A stretch of DNA of 64,000 nucleotides from the NCBI GenBank assembly GCA_002269645.1, contig NIVC01003620.1:23096-87095 (forward strand), read 5' to 3'. This stretch comes from Macrostomum lignano. Taxonomy: Eukaryota. Under the pieces are notes generated by a model that saw nothing but the letters and a program-made list of their open reading frames with translations, was not told the origin of the DNA and did no database searches. The translations under genes and the position numbers were made by a program. Shown in pieces: positions 1-13,900 of the stretch. Position 1 is the first letter of the stretch; the number at the start of each line of letters is the position of its first letter.

Positions 1-1941
1 GGTGTGTGTCCTGCTGGTGTGTGTCCTGCTGGTGTGTGTCCCGCTGGTGTGTGTCCTGCTGGTGTGTGTCCTGCTGGTGTGTGTCCCGCTGGTGTGTGTC
101 CTGCTGGTGTGTGTCCTGCTGGTGTGTGTCCCGCTGGTGTGTGTCCCACTGGTGTGTTTCCCGCTGGTGTGTGTCCCGCTAGTGTGTTTCCCGCTGGTGT
201 GTGTCCCGCTGGTGTGTGTCCTGCTGGTGTGTGTCCCGCTGGTGTGTGTCCCACTGGTGTGTTTCCCGCTGGTGTGTGTCCCGCTAGTGTGTGTCCCGCT
301 GGTGTGTTTCCCGCTGGTGTGTGTCCCGCTGGTGTGTTTCCCGCTGGTGTGTTTCCCGCTGGTGTGTGTCCCGCTAGTGTGTTTCCCGCTGGTGTGTTTC
401 CCGCTGGTGTGTTTCCCGCTGGTGTGTGTCCCGCTAGTGTGTTTCCCGCTGGTGTGTTTCCCGCTGGTGTGTTTCCCGCTGGTGTGTGTCCCGCTGGTGT
501 GTGTCCCGCTGGTGTGTGTCCCGCTAGTGTGTTTCCCGCTAGTGTGTGTCCCGCTGGTGTGTTTCCCGCTGGTGTGTGTCCCGCTGGTGTGTTTCCCGCT
601 GGTGTGTTTCCCGCTGGTGTGTGTCCCGCTGGTGTGTGTCCCGCTGGTGTGTGTCCCGCTAGTGTGTTTCCCGCTAGTGTGTTTCCCGCTGGTGTGTGTC
701 CCGCTAGTGTGTTTCCCGCTGGTGTGTTTCCCGCTGGTGTGTGTCCCGCTGGTGTGTGTCCCGCTGGTGTGTGTCCCGCTGGTGTGTGTCCCGCTAGTGT
801 GTTTCCCGCTAGTGTGTGTCCCGCTGGTGTGTCCCGCTGGTGTGTGTCCCGCTGGTGTGTCCTGCTGGTGTGTGTCCTGCTGGTGTGTGTCCCGCTGGTG
901 TGTTTCCCGCTGGTGTGTTTCCCGCTGGTGTGTGTCCCGCTGGTGTGTTTCCCGCTGGTGTGTTTCCCGCTGGTGTGTTTACTGCCAGTATGTGTCCCGC
1001 TGGTGTTTACTGCCAGTGTGTGTCCCGCTAGTGTGTTTCCCGCTGGTGTGTTTACTGCCAGTGTGTGTCCCGCTGGTGAGTTTCCCGCTGGTGTTTACTG
1101 CCAGTGTGTGTCCCACTGGTGTGTGTCCCGCTGGTGTTTACTGCCTGTGTGTGTCCCGCTGGTGTTTACTGCCAGTGTGTGTCCCGCTGGTGTTTACTGC
1201 CAGTGTGTTTCCCGCTGGTGTGTTTACTGCTGGTGTGTTTACTGCTGGTGTGTTTACTGCCAGTGTGTGTCCCGCTGGTGTTTACTGCCAGTGTGTGTCC
1301 CGCTGGTGTGTTTCATGAATCCCGCTGGTGTGTTTACTGCTGGTGTGTTTAATGCTGGTGTGTGTCCCGCTGGTGTGTTTCCCGCTGGTGTGTGTCCCGC
1401 TGGTGTGTGTACCGCTGGTGTGTTTCCCGCTGGTGTGTGTCCCGCTGGTGTGTGTCCTGCTGGTGTGTGTCCCGCTGGTGTGTGTCCCGCTGGTGTTTAC
1501 TGCCAGTGTGTGTCCCGCTGGTGTGTTTCCCGAATCCCGCTGGTGTGTTTACTGCTGGTGTGTTTAATGCTGGTGTGTGTCCCGCTGGTGTGTTTCCCGC
1601 TGGTGTGTGTCCCGCTGGTGTGTTTCCCGCTGGTGTGTTTCCCGCTGGTGTGTGTCCCGCTGGTGTGTACTGCCAGTGTGTGTCCCGCTGGTGTGTTTCC
1701 CGCTGGTGTGTTTCCCGCTGGTGTGTTTCCCGCTGGTGTGTTTCCCGCTGGTGTGTGTCCCGCTGGTGTGTGTCCCGCTGGTGTGTACTGCCAGTGTGTG
1801 TCCCGCTGGTGTGTTTCCCGCTGGTGTGTGTCCCGCTGGTGTGTTTCCCGCTGGTGTGTTTCCCGCTGGTGTGTGTCCCGCTGGTGTGTACTGCCAGTGT
1901 GTGTCCCGCTGGTGTGTTTACTGCCCGCTGGTGTGTGTCCC
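1..1941. repeat. 15-bp minisatellite (GGTGTGTGTCCCGCT and variants), intronic in the Tudor gene
   Basis: 15-bp period is visible from base 1. It generates the CVPLV/CPAGV pseudo-ORFs and ends about 55 bp before the acceptor at 1997. Confidence 0.97.
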
Positions 1942-1997
1942 AGAATAAAAAACAGAAAATCTCGCATTACCATTTTTTGTTTTACCTTTGCACGCAG

Positions 1998-4900
1998 TCG
2001 TTTTGCAACGAAGATAAAATTGGCGACTACACTGTCCAGCACCCGGTAGCCAACCTGCCTGTTGCGGCCAGGTATTCCGTCGATTGCAACTGGTACCGCG
2101 GCGTTATTGAGTCCTACTCGCCTGATGGCATCTCCGTGCTTTTTACCGACTATGGCAACAGAGAGGTGCACAAAGACAATCAGTTTATAAAATATCTTAC
2201 AAAGCGATTTTATCAGCCTCACTCCATGTGCTGGCGTTGCTCAATGTACGGCGTGTCTGCCGGCGACCAATCGCCCAGGATGAAGTGAGTATATGCATGC
2301 ACCCGACTGTGAGGCAGGCTGGTTAGGCTGCTCGCTGTGCCTGTTGATTGCGCTAAATGTGTTGTGGTGGGGCAGCCATTTACCTGTCAGTCATTTATAA
2401 AGGTGGGGCAGCCTGCCAGTCAGTATTATACAGGTAGGGCAGCCTGCCAGTCAGTATTATACAGGTGGGGCAGCCTGCCAGTCAGTATTATACAGGTGGG
2501 GCAGCCTGCCATTAATTAGTGCACAGGTAGTCATTACTTAGCTACATTCCCATCGCAGGTACCGCCAGAAGCAGCTGAAAGACATGCTTCAACAGTCCCA
2601 TGTATTCAACTTTCTCTGCATGGATACGCCGAGTACGGTGGACCCGAACAGCGACGGCTTGCCCACAGTTCCGGTTGGCGTGTACGAGCTGAACACGCCT
2701 GTGTGCCTAAATGTTCGCCTATACGATGAGGGTGTCTACTCGGACATGCCGGCTGACGCCTTGGCCAGGCTAGTTAAGGAGGCTCCGGTGCCTGTCAGGT
2801 CCCGATTTGTCCGTTTAAACGAGAGCACGGGCGAGGTAACGGTGCTGCCGCGAGCCCAGCCGGCTACCCGAGGCAGTCGCGTCAAAGCCGCGGCCAGAGC
2901 GTCGGCAAATTCGACGCCGTCGGATTCGAATGTGTCCGACTCGCGATCGAGCACGCCAGCAGCCGCGCCGTCAGTGGATGTTGAGCCAATCAGCGAGAAC
3001 TACCAACTGCTGGAGCCCTGGCTAGCTAAACTAGTCCTCACTGGCAAGCTGGATCATGCCGCCTGTACAGTCACTAGCATAGTTAATCCCGGCCTGTTCT
3101 ACATCCGGCCTGAGAATGACATTGGCCGAGCGGCCGCGACTGAGCTCAATCATTTATTAGCTAGATTTTCGCCGCGCAACAATAACTCAGCGCCGAGACC
3201 GCTGCCACCGGATGCGCCTCCGACCGTACTGGCCTGCGTTCGGAAGCCTAATCTATTGTGGTACCGCTGTCGGCTGCTTCAGCGATCGTCTACAGCTGAC
3301 ACATGCACAGTGCTGCTGATTGATAGCGGGTATGTCAACTGTTCACCTGGGCTTGTAGGGATGCTGGAATTCATTTCACTTAGTCCCTATAGATAGAATA
3401 TCTGAGCACTCTCAGTCCCTATAGATAGACCAGCTGAGCACTCTCAGTCTCTATAGATAGATTATTTGAGCACTCTCAATCCCTATAGATAGATTATTTG
3501 AGCACTCTCAATTCCTGTAGATAGACCAGCTGAGCACTCTCAATTCCTGTAGATAGACCAGCTGAGCACTCTCAATTCCTGTAGATAGACCAGCTGAGCA
3601 CTCTCAATCCCTATATATAGACCAGCTGAGCACTCTCAATCCCTATAGATAGATTATTTGAGCACTCTCAATCCCTATAGATAGATTATTTGAGCACTCT
3701 CAATTCCTGTAGATAGACCAGCTGAGCACTCAGTCCCTAAAGATAGACCAGCTGAGCACTCTCAATCCCTGTAGTTAAACCGTCTGAGCACCCTCAATCC
3801 TTATAGAACCTAGATAGACCATTTGAGGACAGTCAATCCTTATAGAACCTAGATAGACCATTTGAGCACTCTCAATCCTTATAGAACCTAGATAGACCAT
3901 TTGAGGACACTCAATCCTTATAGAACCTAGATAGACCATTTGACACCCTCAATCCTTATAGAACCTAGATAGACCATTTGAGCACCCTCAATCCTTATAG
4001 AACCTAGATAGACCATTTGAGGACACTCAATCCTTATAGAACCTAGATAGACCATTTGAGGACACTCAATCCTTATAGAACCTAGATAGACCATTTGAGC
4101 ACCCTCAATCCTTATAGAACCTAGATAGACCATTTGAGGACACTCAATCCTTATAGAACCTAGATAGACCATTTGAGCACCCTCAATCCTTATAGAACCT
4201 AGATAGACCATTTGAGGACACTCAATCCTTATAGAACCTAGATAGACCATTTGAGCACCCTCAATCCTTATAGAACCTAGATAGACCATTTGAGCACTCT
4301 CAATCCTTATAGAACCTAGATAGACCATTTGAGCACCCTCAATCCTTATAGAACCTAGATAGACCATTTGAGCACCCTCAATCCTTATAGAACCTAGATA
4401 GACCATTTGAGCACTCTCAATCCTTATAGAACCTAGATAGACAATTTGAGCACCCTCAATCCTTATAGAACCTAGATAGACCATTTGAGCACCCTCAATC
4501 CTTATAGAACCTAGATAGACCATTTGAGCACCCTCAATCCTTATAGAACCTAGATAGACCATTTGAGCACTCTCAATCCTTATAGAACCTAGATAGACAA
4601 TTTGAGCACTCTCAATCCTTATAGAACCTAGATAGACCATTTGAGCACTCTCAATCCTTATAGAACCTAGATAGACCATTTGAGCACCCTCACTCAATCC
4701 TTATAGAACCTAGATAGACCATTTGAGCACCCTCAATCCTTATAGAACCTAGATAGACCATTTGAGCACTCTCAATCCTTATAGAACCTAGATAGACCAT
4801 TTGAGCACCCTCAATCCTTATAGAACCTAGATAGACCATTTGAGCACTCTCAATCCTTATAGAACCTAGATAGACCATTTGAGCACTCTCAATCCTTATA

Positions 4901-7900
4901 GAACCTAGATAGACCATTTGAGCACCCTCAATCCTTATAGAACCTAGATAGACCATTTGAGGACACTCAATCCTTACCCGCCTGGCTGTCGTAATCCGGT
5001 TTTCATCCGGAGCGACGTCCGGAATTTCATCCGGTACGTAATACAAATGTCCCATTTAAAAACCGGATGAGAGCCGGATGAAAAGTTTACAAACCGGATG
5101 AAAACATGCATATTTGACCTTTCATCCGGGTGTTCAACCAACATTAGTCCGGAAATTCATCCGGGAAGCTATCCGGAAAGCCGCGGAGAACAGGGCGGAG
5201 CGAATTCCGGAGCGAATCCGGACGAAATGTATGCACGCCTCCACCAGATGAGAAACCGGACGAAATTCCGGATGAATGCCGGATCAAATGTATGCACATG
5301 TCTACCGGATGAGAAACCGGACGAAATTCCGGATGAATGCCGGATCAAATGTATGCACATGTCTACCGGATGAGAAACCGGACGAAATTCCGGATGAATG
5401 TCAGATCAAATGTATGCACATGTCTACCGGATGAGAAACCGGACGAAATTCCGGATGAATGCCAGATCAAATGTATGCACATGTCTACCGGATGGTAAAG
5501 CAGATGACATGTTAAAGAACTAAGTAAGGTTGACAACAAGACGAAATCTTTTGAAAACGTAAGAAAACAAATTGCTGGAAACACCTCAAAGAAAGCAAGG
5601 TATATTGCACTTGCACAGAGGGTGGCCAACCTCTAATTCACTGTGCTGGATAGAGTAGTGGAAGCTGAATATATTGAGACCGAAGATAATTGTTAAAGTT
5701 GCGTGTCGCTAAAAATGCAAATACACAAGACATGCTTGAGTCAAAAATAGAATGGAAAAACCTCACATTGGGTGGACAAATCAGGAGAAATGGAGAATAA
5801 GACGACACACTGTCTTTTGGGCGGCTACAAATTAGTACCAGGCAGAAAAACTAGAAATTTCACAGAAGAAAAACTTCCAGCTACACGAAGAAACAGGCGC
5901 AGAAAAAAACTCACTTATAAAATTGGGGACAACAGAAAAAATAGCGACATATACATTTTTCCATACTGGGAGTGAAACAGAAAGTGTCAACAGAAAACCA
6001 GAAACGCAGACCCGAGGGCGATATTACCTATCTGCAGAACAGTGATTACTGTACACGTTAGTAACGTTAAGTAACGTTACTGTTCTAAAACACCCACCAT
6101 GATGTACAGATTGCAGGCGATGGGTACATCGTGCACTTTACATACTGCAGAATTTTTGAGGAATTTTTGTCCTCATGATATGCTACTGTCTAATCGAGCA
6201 CATGCTCTTAAGACCCCTAGGCGCTACATATTTGATTCGTGACCAATATTAAGTTGCAGTCGCAGAAGCAGTAGTGTCATGAGCATATTCGCGCCACGCC
6301 GCGGCCACTGGCAATGGCACACGGCTCCCTCTTATATCCTATAGACTGCGACAAAACGACTGGCCCACGACTATATAGCCTACTATCCCATCAGGGAAAG
6401 TAGCATATCTTCCGCATTGTCCACATCGCCGGCCGGACGCTGACTTGTGGGCCCAACCTCTGCGAAGACAGTTCTGGCCAGGTCAAAGATCGCGCTAGCG
6501 GGGGCTGTTTATTTAAGTTTAACACAGAAAAGGGATGACTTCTTAAAAAAACACAATAACACAGCTATTTTAAAAAAGCACAGAAAAACACAAATAAAAC
6601 AGCAGTGGTCACACTGGTCACTCATTACATATTTCTTTACCTAATAACAACTCAACGCGGTCTTGCAAATTACATACTCATAAAAAATCCAAGTCCCCTT
6701 TCTGAACTCGGTATTTCATCCGGACTTCTTCCGTTTCGTGCATCGGTCTTTATCCGGCTTTCGGCGGGTCAATGGACGGATGTAAAACCGGACGAAATTC
6801 CGGACCAAAATATGCTTTCTTCCGGTTTTTATCCGGTTTTCAATCCGGCTGATTGTTCGATTTTAATCGACGAGTCAACCGGATCAAAAACCGGATGAAA
6901 AGAGTCACAAAGAGAACTCTTTCATCCGGCTTTACTCCGGATTTCGGCCCGGTTTTTGGTCCGGAAAAAAAACCGGATCAAAACCGGATCAACATCTTTT
7001 TGGTCCGGAAACACCCCCCTAAAACGGGTTAAACCGGACGAGGCCGGATGAAAACCGGATTACGACAGCCAGGCGGGTATAGAACCTAGATAGACCATTT
7101 GAGCACTCTCAATCCTTATAGAACCTAGATAGACAATTTGAGCACCCTCAATCCTTATAGAACCTAGATAGACCATTTGAGCACCCTCAATCCTTATAGA
7201 ACCTAGATAGACCATTTGAGCACTCTCAATCCTTATAGAACCTAGATAGACAATTTGAGCACCCTCAATCCTTATAGAACCTAGATAGACCATTTGAGCA
7301 CCCTCAATCCTTATAGAACCTAGATAGACAATTTGAGCACTCTCAATCCCATCAGCCCCGCCAAACGCACACTGCAGCGAAGAGTACAACACGCCAGCCA
7401 ATGCGATATTCGAAATCACCGACAATCAACTGGCCTCTATGCCGCCCCTGGCTGTGCCCTGCCGCCTGTACGGCGCTATTCCGGCCGGCGGCCAGCGCTG
7501 GACTCGCACCTCCGCCGAGGCGATGCGCAGTCACCTCGCTAGGCGAGAATATTTCGCCCACATGTGCGCTCTAGTCATGAGCGAGGAGGCCTCAACAACG
7601 GCTGCTAATGCAGAGGCGTCGCAGCAACGGCTTGCCGCTGTCGACCTGTTGCTGTGCAACAGCGATGGCCAGTGCAACCGGCTAAGCAGCATGCTGCGCC
7701 TGGAGGGCGTGGCCCTGCGACACGTCGAGCCGGTGCCGCCCGAGGCCGCTTATCAACGCCTGGCTGAAGCGTTGCAGAAAACTTTTGCGGAAAAACGCGA
7801 CGAAAACTTGCGACTCCGCGACGCGGAGGCCGCCGCCACCGCCGACGCTCTTAAGTCTTCAAATTTAGCCGAACAGATGCCGCAGTGTGTGAGTTGCTAC

Positions 7901-10900
7901 TAATTTGCACAGTATCGATTATCGGTTTTGCCACTTAAGCCTTTTTGATTTAGTCATTTTCGTTATGAAATCCAGATGTTAATCTACTCACATCTCACTG
8001 TCACCAGCTCTCATCTCACTGTCACTAACTCTTATCTCACTGTTACCAATTGTCATCTCACTGTTACCAATTGTCATCTCACTGTGACCAACTCACATCT
8101 CACTGTGACCAACTCACATCTCACTGTTACCAACTCACATCTCACTGTCACCAACTCTAATCTCACTGTCACCAACTCACATCTCACTGTGACCAACTCT
8201 CATCTCACTGTTACCAATTGTCATCTCACTGTGACCAACTCTCATCTCACTGTTACCAATTGTCATCTCACTGTGACCAACTCTCATCTCACTGTCACCA
8301 ACTCACATCTCACTGTTACCAATTGTCATCTCACTGTCACCAACTCACATCTCACTGTTACCAACTCACATCTCACTGTCACCAACTCTAATCTCACTGT
8401 CACCAACTCACATCTCACTGTGACCAACTCTCATCTCACTGTTACCAATTGTCATCTAACTGTGACCAACTCACATCTCACTGTCACCAACTCACATCTC
8501 ACTGTCAAAATCTAATCTCACTGGCACCAACTCACATCTCACTGGCACCAACTCACATCTCACTGTCACCAACTCTCATCTCACTGTCACCAACTCACAT
8601 CTCACTTTCACCAACTCACATCTCACTGTCACCAACTCACATCTCACTTTCACCAACTCACATCTCACTGTCACCAACTCTCATCTCACTGTCACCAACT
8701 CTCATCTCACTGTCAAAATCTAATCTCACTGTGACCAACTCACATCTCACTGTGACCAATTGTCATCTCACTGTGACCAACTCACATCTCACTGGCACCA
8801 ACTCACATCTCACTGTGACCAACTCACATCTCACTGTGACCAACTCACATCTCACTGTGACCAACTCACATCTCACTGTGACCAACTCACATCTCACTGT
8901 GACCAACTCTCATCTCACTGTTACCAATTGTCATCTCACTGTGACCAACTCACATCTCACTGTGACCAACTCACATCTCACTGTGACCAACTCACATCTC
9001 ACTGGCACCAACTCACATCTCACTGTGACCAACTCACATCTCACTGTGACCAACTCACATCTCACTGTGACCAACTCTCATCTCACTGTTACCAATTGTC
9101 ATCTCACTGTGACCAACTCACATCTCACTGTGACCAACTCACATCTCACTGTGACCAACTCACATCTCACTGTGACCAACTCTCATCTCACTGTTACCAA
9201 TTGTCATCTCACTGTGACCAACTCACATCTCACTGTGACCAACTCACATCTCACTGTGACCAACTCACATCTCACTGTGACCAACTCACATCTCACTGTG
9301 ACCAACTCTCATCTCACTGTCTCTAACTCTCATCTCACTGTGACCAACTCTCATCTCACTGTCTCTAACTCTCATCTCACTGTGACCAACTCTCATCTCA
9401 CTGTCTCTAACTCTCATCTCACTGTGACCAACTCTCATCTCACTGTCTCTAACTATCCCAGGACATCAGTGCTGCTAAAGAAGACGCGACACCGCAGCAG
9501 ATGCAGCGACAACAGCCAAACATTGCTGACGAACCAAATTCGGACGATGAGTTCGAACTTAACGAAGAATTCCTTTTGAAGCCATCTGATGAGGACGGAG
9601 ACTGGGTGATTGGCGACCCGTCGCCTCCGTCTGCCGCTGCCGCAGCTCCTCCAGCCGCCGCCGCCGCCACAGAAGACTCCTCAGCCTCCACGTCCACCAG
9701 CTTTGTAAGTGTCACAGCCGAAGCAGCTAATTCGAAACCGGAAGCGGAAGTAGAAGCAGAACCGGAAGCGGAGGCGGAGGCAGAACCCGAACCGGTAGTG
9801 GAAGCAGAACAGGAAACGGAACCGGAAGCAGACGCAGAACCGGAAGTAGAAGCAGACGCAGAACCGGAAGTAGAAGCAGACGCAGAACCGGAAGTGGAAG
9901 CAGAAGCAGATCCGGAAGCGGAAGCGGACAACGCCGTTGCTAACAACGCTTCAACCTTGCCTAAGAATGCTTTGTCAGATCTGCCTTCCGTTCGTCCTCT
10001 GGGCGACCAATTCCGTTGGCCAAATATTCAAGTCGGACCGCTGCGAGAGCCAATCCAAGCTAAGCTGAGTCATCTGGACTGCTCGGATGAGCGAATGGTA
10101 ATCTATATGCAGCGATCCGACGAGCGCAGCGAGGCGCTTCTGACGGAGTTGCGCCATGCGCTGCACACTGTCTATTCTGCAGTGTCCTATGCTCAGTACG
10201 ATTTCGATGTCCTAGTTGAAGATTGGGCGAGGCGGTAAGCTTTTCTTTACTTTGATCCCGCCACCCCAGATCGGAAAATGTACATTCCTGCCTGACCAGC
10301 GCCCACCCCAGATCGGATAATGTACATTCCCTCCTGACCAGCGCCCACCCCAGATCGTATAATGTACATTCCCTCCTGACTAGCGCCCACCCCAGATCGT
10401 ATAATGTACATTCCCTCCTGACCAGCGCCCACCCCAGATCGGATAATGTACATTCCCTCTTGACTGGCAACCCCTCCCAGATCGGATAATGTACATTCCC
10501 TCCTGGCCGGCGCCCACACCAGATCGGATAATGTACATTCCCTGAGACTGCACCCACCCCAGACCGGATAATGTACATTCCCTGAGACCGGCACCCACCC
10601 CAGATCGGATAATGTACATTCCCTGAGACCGGCACCCACCCCAGATCGGATAATGTACATTCCCTGAGACCGGCACCCACCCCAGATCGGATAATGAACA
10701 TTCCCTGAGACCGGCACCCACCCCAGATTGGATAATGTGTACACATTTCCTCAGCCGCAGCGGCAATTCCTCAAGCGCCGAACTGAAATGTTTAAATTTT
10801 CGCAACCGCAGGTCGGTGGTGTTCGAGTCTGACGGAGTCTGGTGCCGCGGTCGCGTGCTTAACTACGTCAGAGAGCAGGGCCTGTTTTTCCTGCTAGATA

Positions 10901-13900
10901 TTGACACGGGCTACTCCAAGGTGATGCCCACTGGCAACATGAGACCCGTGTTCGACTGCGAAGGCCTCACCGGTGGCGACCTGTCCGAGTCGATTAGCCT
11001 CATCAAATCTACTCCGCCATTCGCTCTACCAATCACTCTTTGGGATTTGTATCCCACAGATCCCGAGCACTTCGATAGTCACACGTTCCGCGACTGGCGG
11101 CCCTACCAGAAGACCATCGGCGCCCTGCTGACTAGCAGTGCCAAACTACGCGTTTACATTGTACGCAAAGCATTCTGTCCGGCCACCAATGAGCTGCTGC
11201 TTGCGTCCATTGTTCTGCTGCCAGACAATCGAGAGATTAGCCAGGAGCTTATTGATGGCCTGCCGTGGCTTGATCGGGACCAGAAACTGTTTAAAATGGC
11301 CTACAGGTCAGGCTTTGTAATTTAATCGTATTAATTTCTTGAGTCCTTTTTCCTGTTCGTTGGGCTGTCTTCTAATCATTTCCCCTATCCTTTCGTGTCC
11401 CTTTCCCTATCCTTTCTGGTCCTTTTCCCTATCCTTTCTGGTCCCTTTCCGGCTCCTTTCTGGTCCTTTTCCGGCTCCTTTCTGGTCCTTTTCCCTATCC
11501 TTTCTGGTCCTTTTCCGGCTCCTTTCTGGTCCTTTTCCCTATCCTTTCTGGTCCTTTTCCCTATCCTTTCTGGTCCTTTTCCGGCTCCTTTCTGGTCCTT
11601 TTCCGGCTCCTTTCTGGTCCTTTTCCCTATCCTTTCTGGTCCTTTTCCGGCTCCTTTCTGGTCCTTTTCCCTATCCTTTCTGGTCCTTTTCCGGCTCCTT
11701 TCTGGTCCTTTTCCCTATCCTTTCTGGTCCTTTTCCCTATCCTTTCTGGTCCTTTTCCCTATCCTTTCTGGTCCTTTTCCGGCTCCTTTCTGGTCCTTTT
11801 CCCTATCCTTTCTGGTCCTTTTCCCTATCCTTTCTGGTCCTTTTCCGGCTCCTTTCTGGTCCTTTTCCGGCTCCTTTCTGGTCCTTTTCCCTATCCTTTC
11901 TGGTCCTTTTCCGGCTCCTTTCTGGTCCTTTTCCCTATCTTTTCTGGTCCTTTTCCGGCTCCTTTCTGGTCCTTTTCCGGCTCCTTTCTGGTCCTTTTCC
12001 GGCTCCTTTCTGGTCCTTTTCCCTATCCTTTCTGGTCCCTTTCCGGCTCCTTTCTGGTCCTTTTCCGGGTCCTTTCTGGCCGTTTTGTGTCCCTTCTGGT
12101 CCTTCAGATGGCCTTCTGGTTCATTTCATGGTACTTACGACTGCCTTTTGCAGTTTGAATCCTTCGCACAGCATTCTACAACCTGCGTCATTTATAAAAA
12201 AATCCGGTTCATTCGGTCATTTTGGCTTCTAATCTCTATGCTAAAGTTCTACCTGATCGAACTGTTAATTAATTGGGGCTTTTAGAAACTTCAGTCGCTA
12301 AGAATAAACTGCCAACCCCCCCGCTGAGTCAGGTACGACCTCATGGATCCCGATCGACCGTTCGTGCCATTGCCGCTGCAGCCTTCGCGCTACGCTTCAA
12401 TCGGCCTGCCGCCAACCAGCGAGCCCTGCCCAGTAGAGGCCACGGACATTTTGGACCTGCCCTGCGTAGTGTCTCTACAGCTGCTGCCGCTGGACTCCGC
12501 AGCCGATCGGCCAATGAGCGACTGGCGTCGACTTGTCAATCAGACTTATCAGCGGCTTGTGTGCGGCGATCTGTACCACAGGCTGCAGACTGAGGGCCCC
12601 AGGCAGCCACCGCTGCCTGAAGTGAGTTGTGATGTACTTGGATGCGCAATCCGAGCCACCACTACACCACATTCACCCAATCCAAGCCCCTCATCCACCC
12701 AATTCAAGCCACTATATTCACCCAATTCAAGCCACTACATTCACCCAATTTAAGCCACTATATTCACCCAATTCAAGCCCCTCATTCACCCAATTCAAGC
12801 CACTACATTCACCCAATTCAAGCCACTATATTCACCCAATTCAAGCCACTATATTCACCCAATTCAAGCCCCTCATTCACCCAATTCAAGCCACTACATT
12901 CACCCAATTCAAGCCACTATATTCACCCAATTCAAGCCCCTCATTCACCCAATTCAAGCCACTACATTCACCCAATTCAAGCCACTATATTCACCCAATT
13001 CAAGCCCCTCATTCACCCAATTCAAGCCACTACATTCACCCAATTCAAGCCCCTCATTCACCCAATTCAAGCCACTACATTCACCCAATTCAAGCCACTA
13101 TATTCACCCAATTCAAGCCACTACATTCACCCAATTCAAGCCACTATATTCACCCAATTCAAGCCACCACATTCACCCAATTCAAGCCACTATATTCACC
13201 CAATTCAAGCCCCTCATTCACCCAATTCTAGCCACTACATTCACCCAATTCAAGCCCCTACATTCACCCAATTCAAGCCACTACATTCACCCAATTCAAG
13301 CCACTATATTCACCCAATTCAAGCCACTACATTCACCCAATTCAAGCCACTATATTCACCCAATTCAAGCCACTACATTCACCCAATTCAAGCCACTATA
13401 TTCACCCAATTCAAGCCCCTCATTCACCCAATTCAAGCCACTACATTCACCCAATTCTAGCCACTACATTCACCCAATTCAAGCCCCTACATTCACCCAA
13501 TTCAAGCCCATCATTCACCAAATCCACACCACAATACACCGAATGCCAATCCACATCACTCATTCACTCAATCGCGTTCTCATTTTCATCACTCATTCCC
13601 CTCGCTCACCCAACCAGGGCGTGGATATTCCGTGCGCCTGCGTGGCGAAATTCTCCGAGGACGGCGTGTGGTACCGCGCCGAGGTGCTTCTGTTTAAGGA
13701 AGACACGATGTTAGTGTACTTTGTGGACTACGGCAACGCCGAGTACATGAGCCTGGCCAGGAGTGAGTGCAATCTACGCCAGCCTTTGTTCCTCGACGAG
13801 CCCTGTCTGGCTGTCCGCTGCCGGCTCCAGGGTCTTGTGCGGCATCCCGATCGCGACCTGGATGACCTGCCAACCCGCAGTCTCTCCGCTCAGGTGATCA

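Noticed and set aside
2-2049. Long Cys/Val/Pro-rich ORFs (438 and 681 aa)
   Set aside because: They are translations of the 15-bp array, whose unit is a multiple of 3 with no stops. The same applies to repeat ORFs at 3927, 7976, 8449, 11339, 12629, 33519, 37250, 41377, 45819, 49000, 51846, 54238, 56899, 60087 and 62777.
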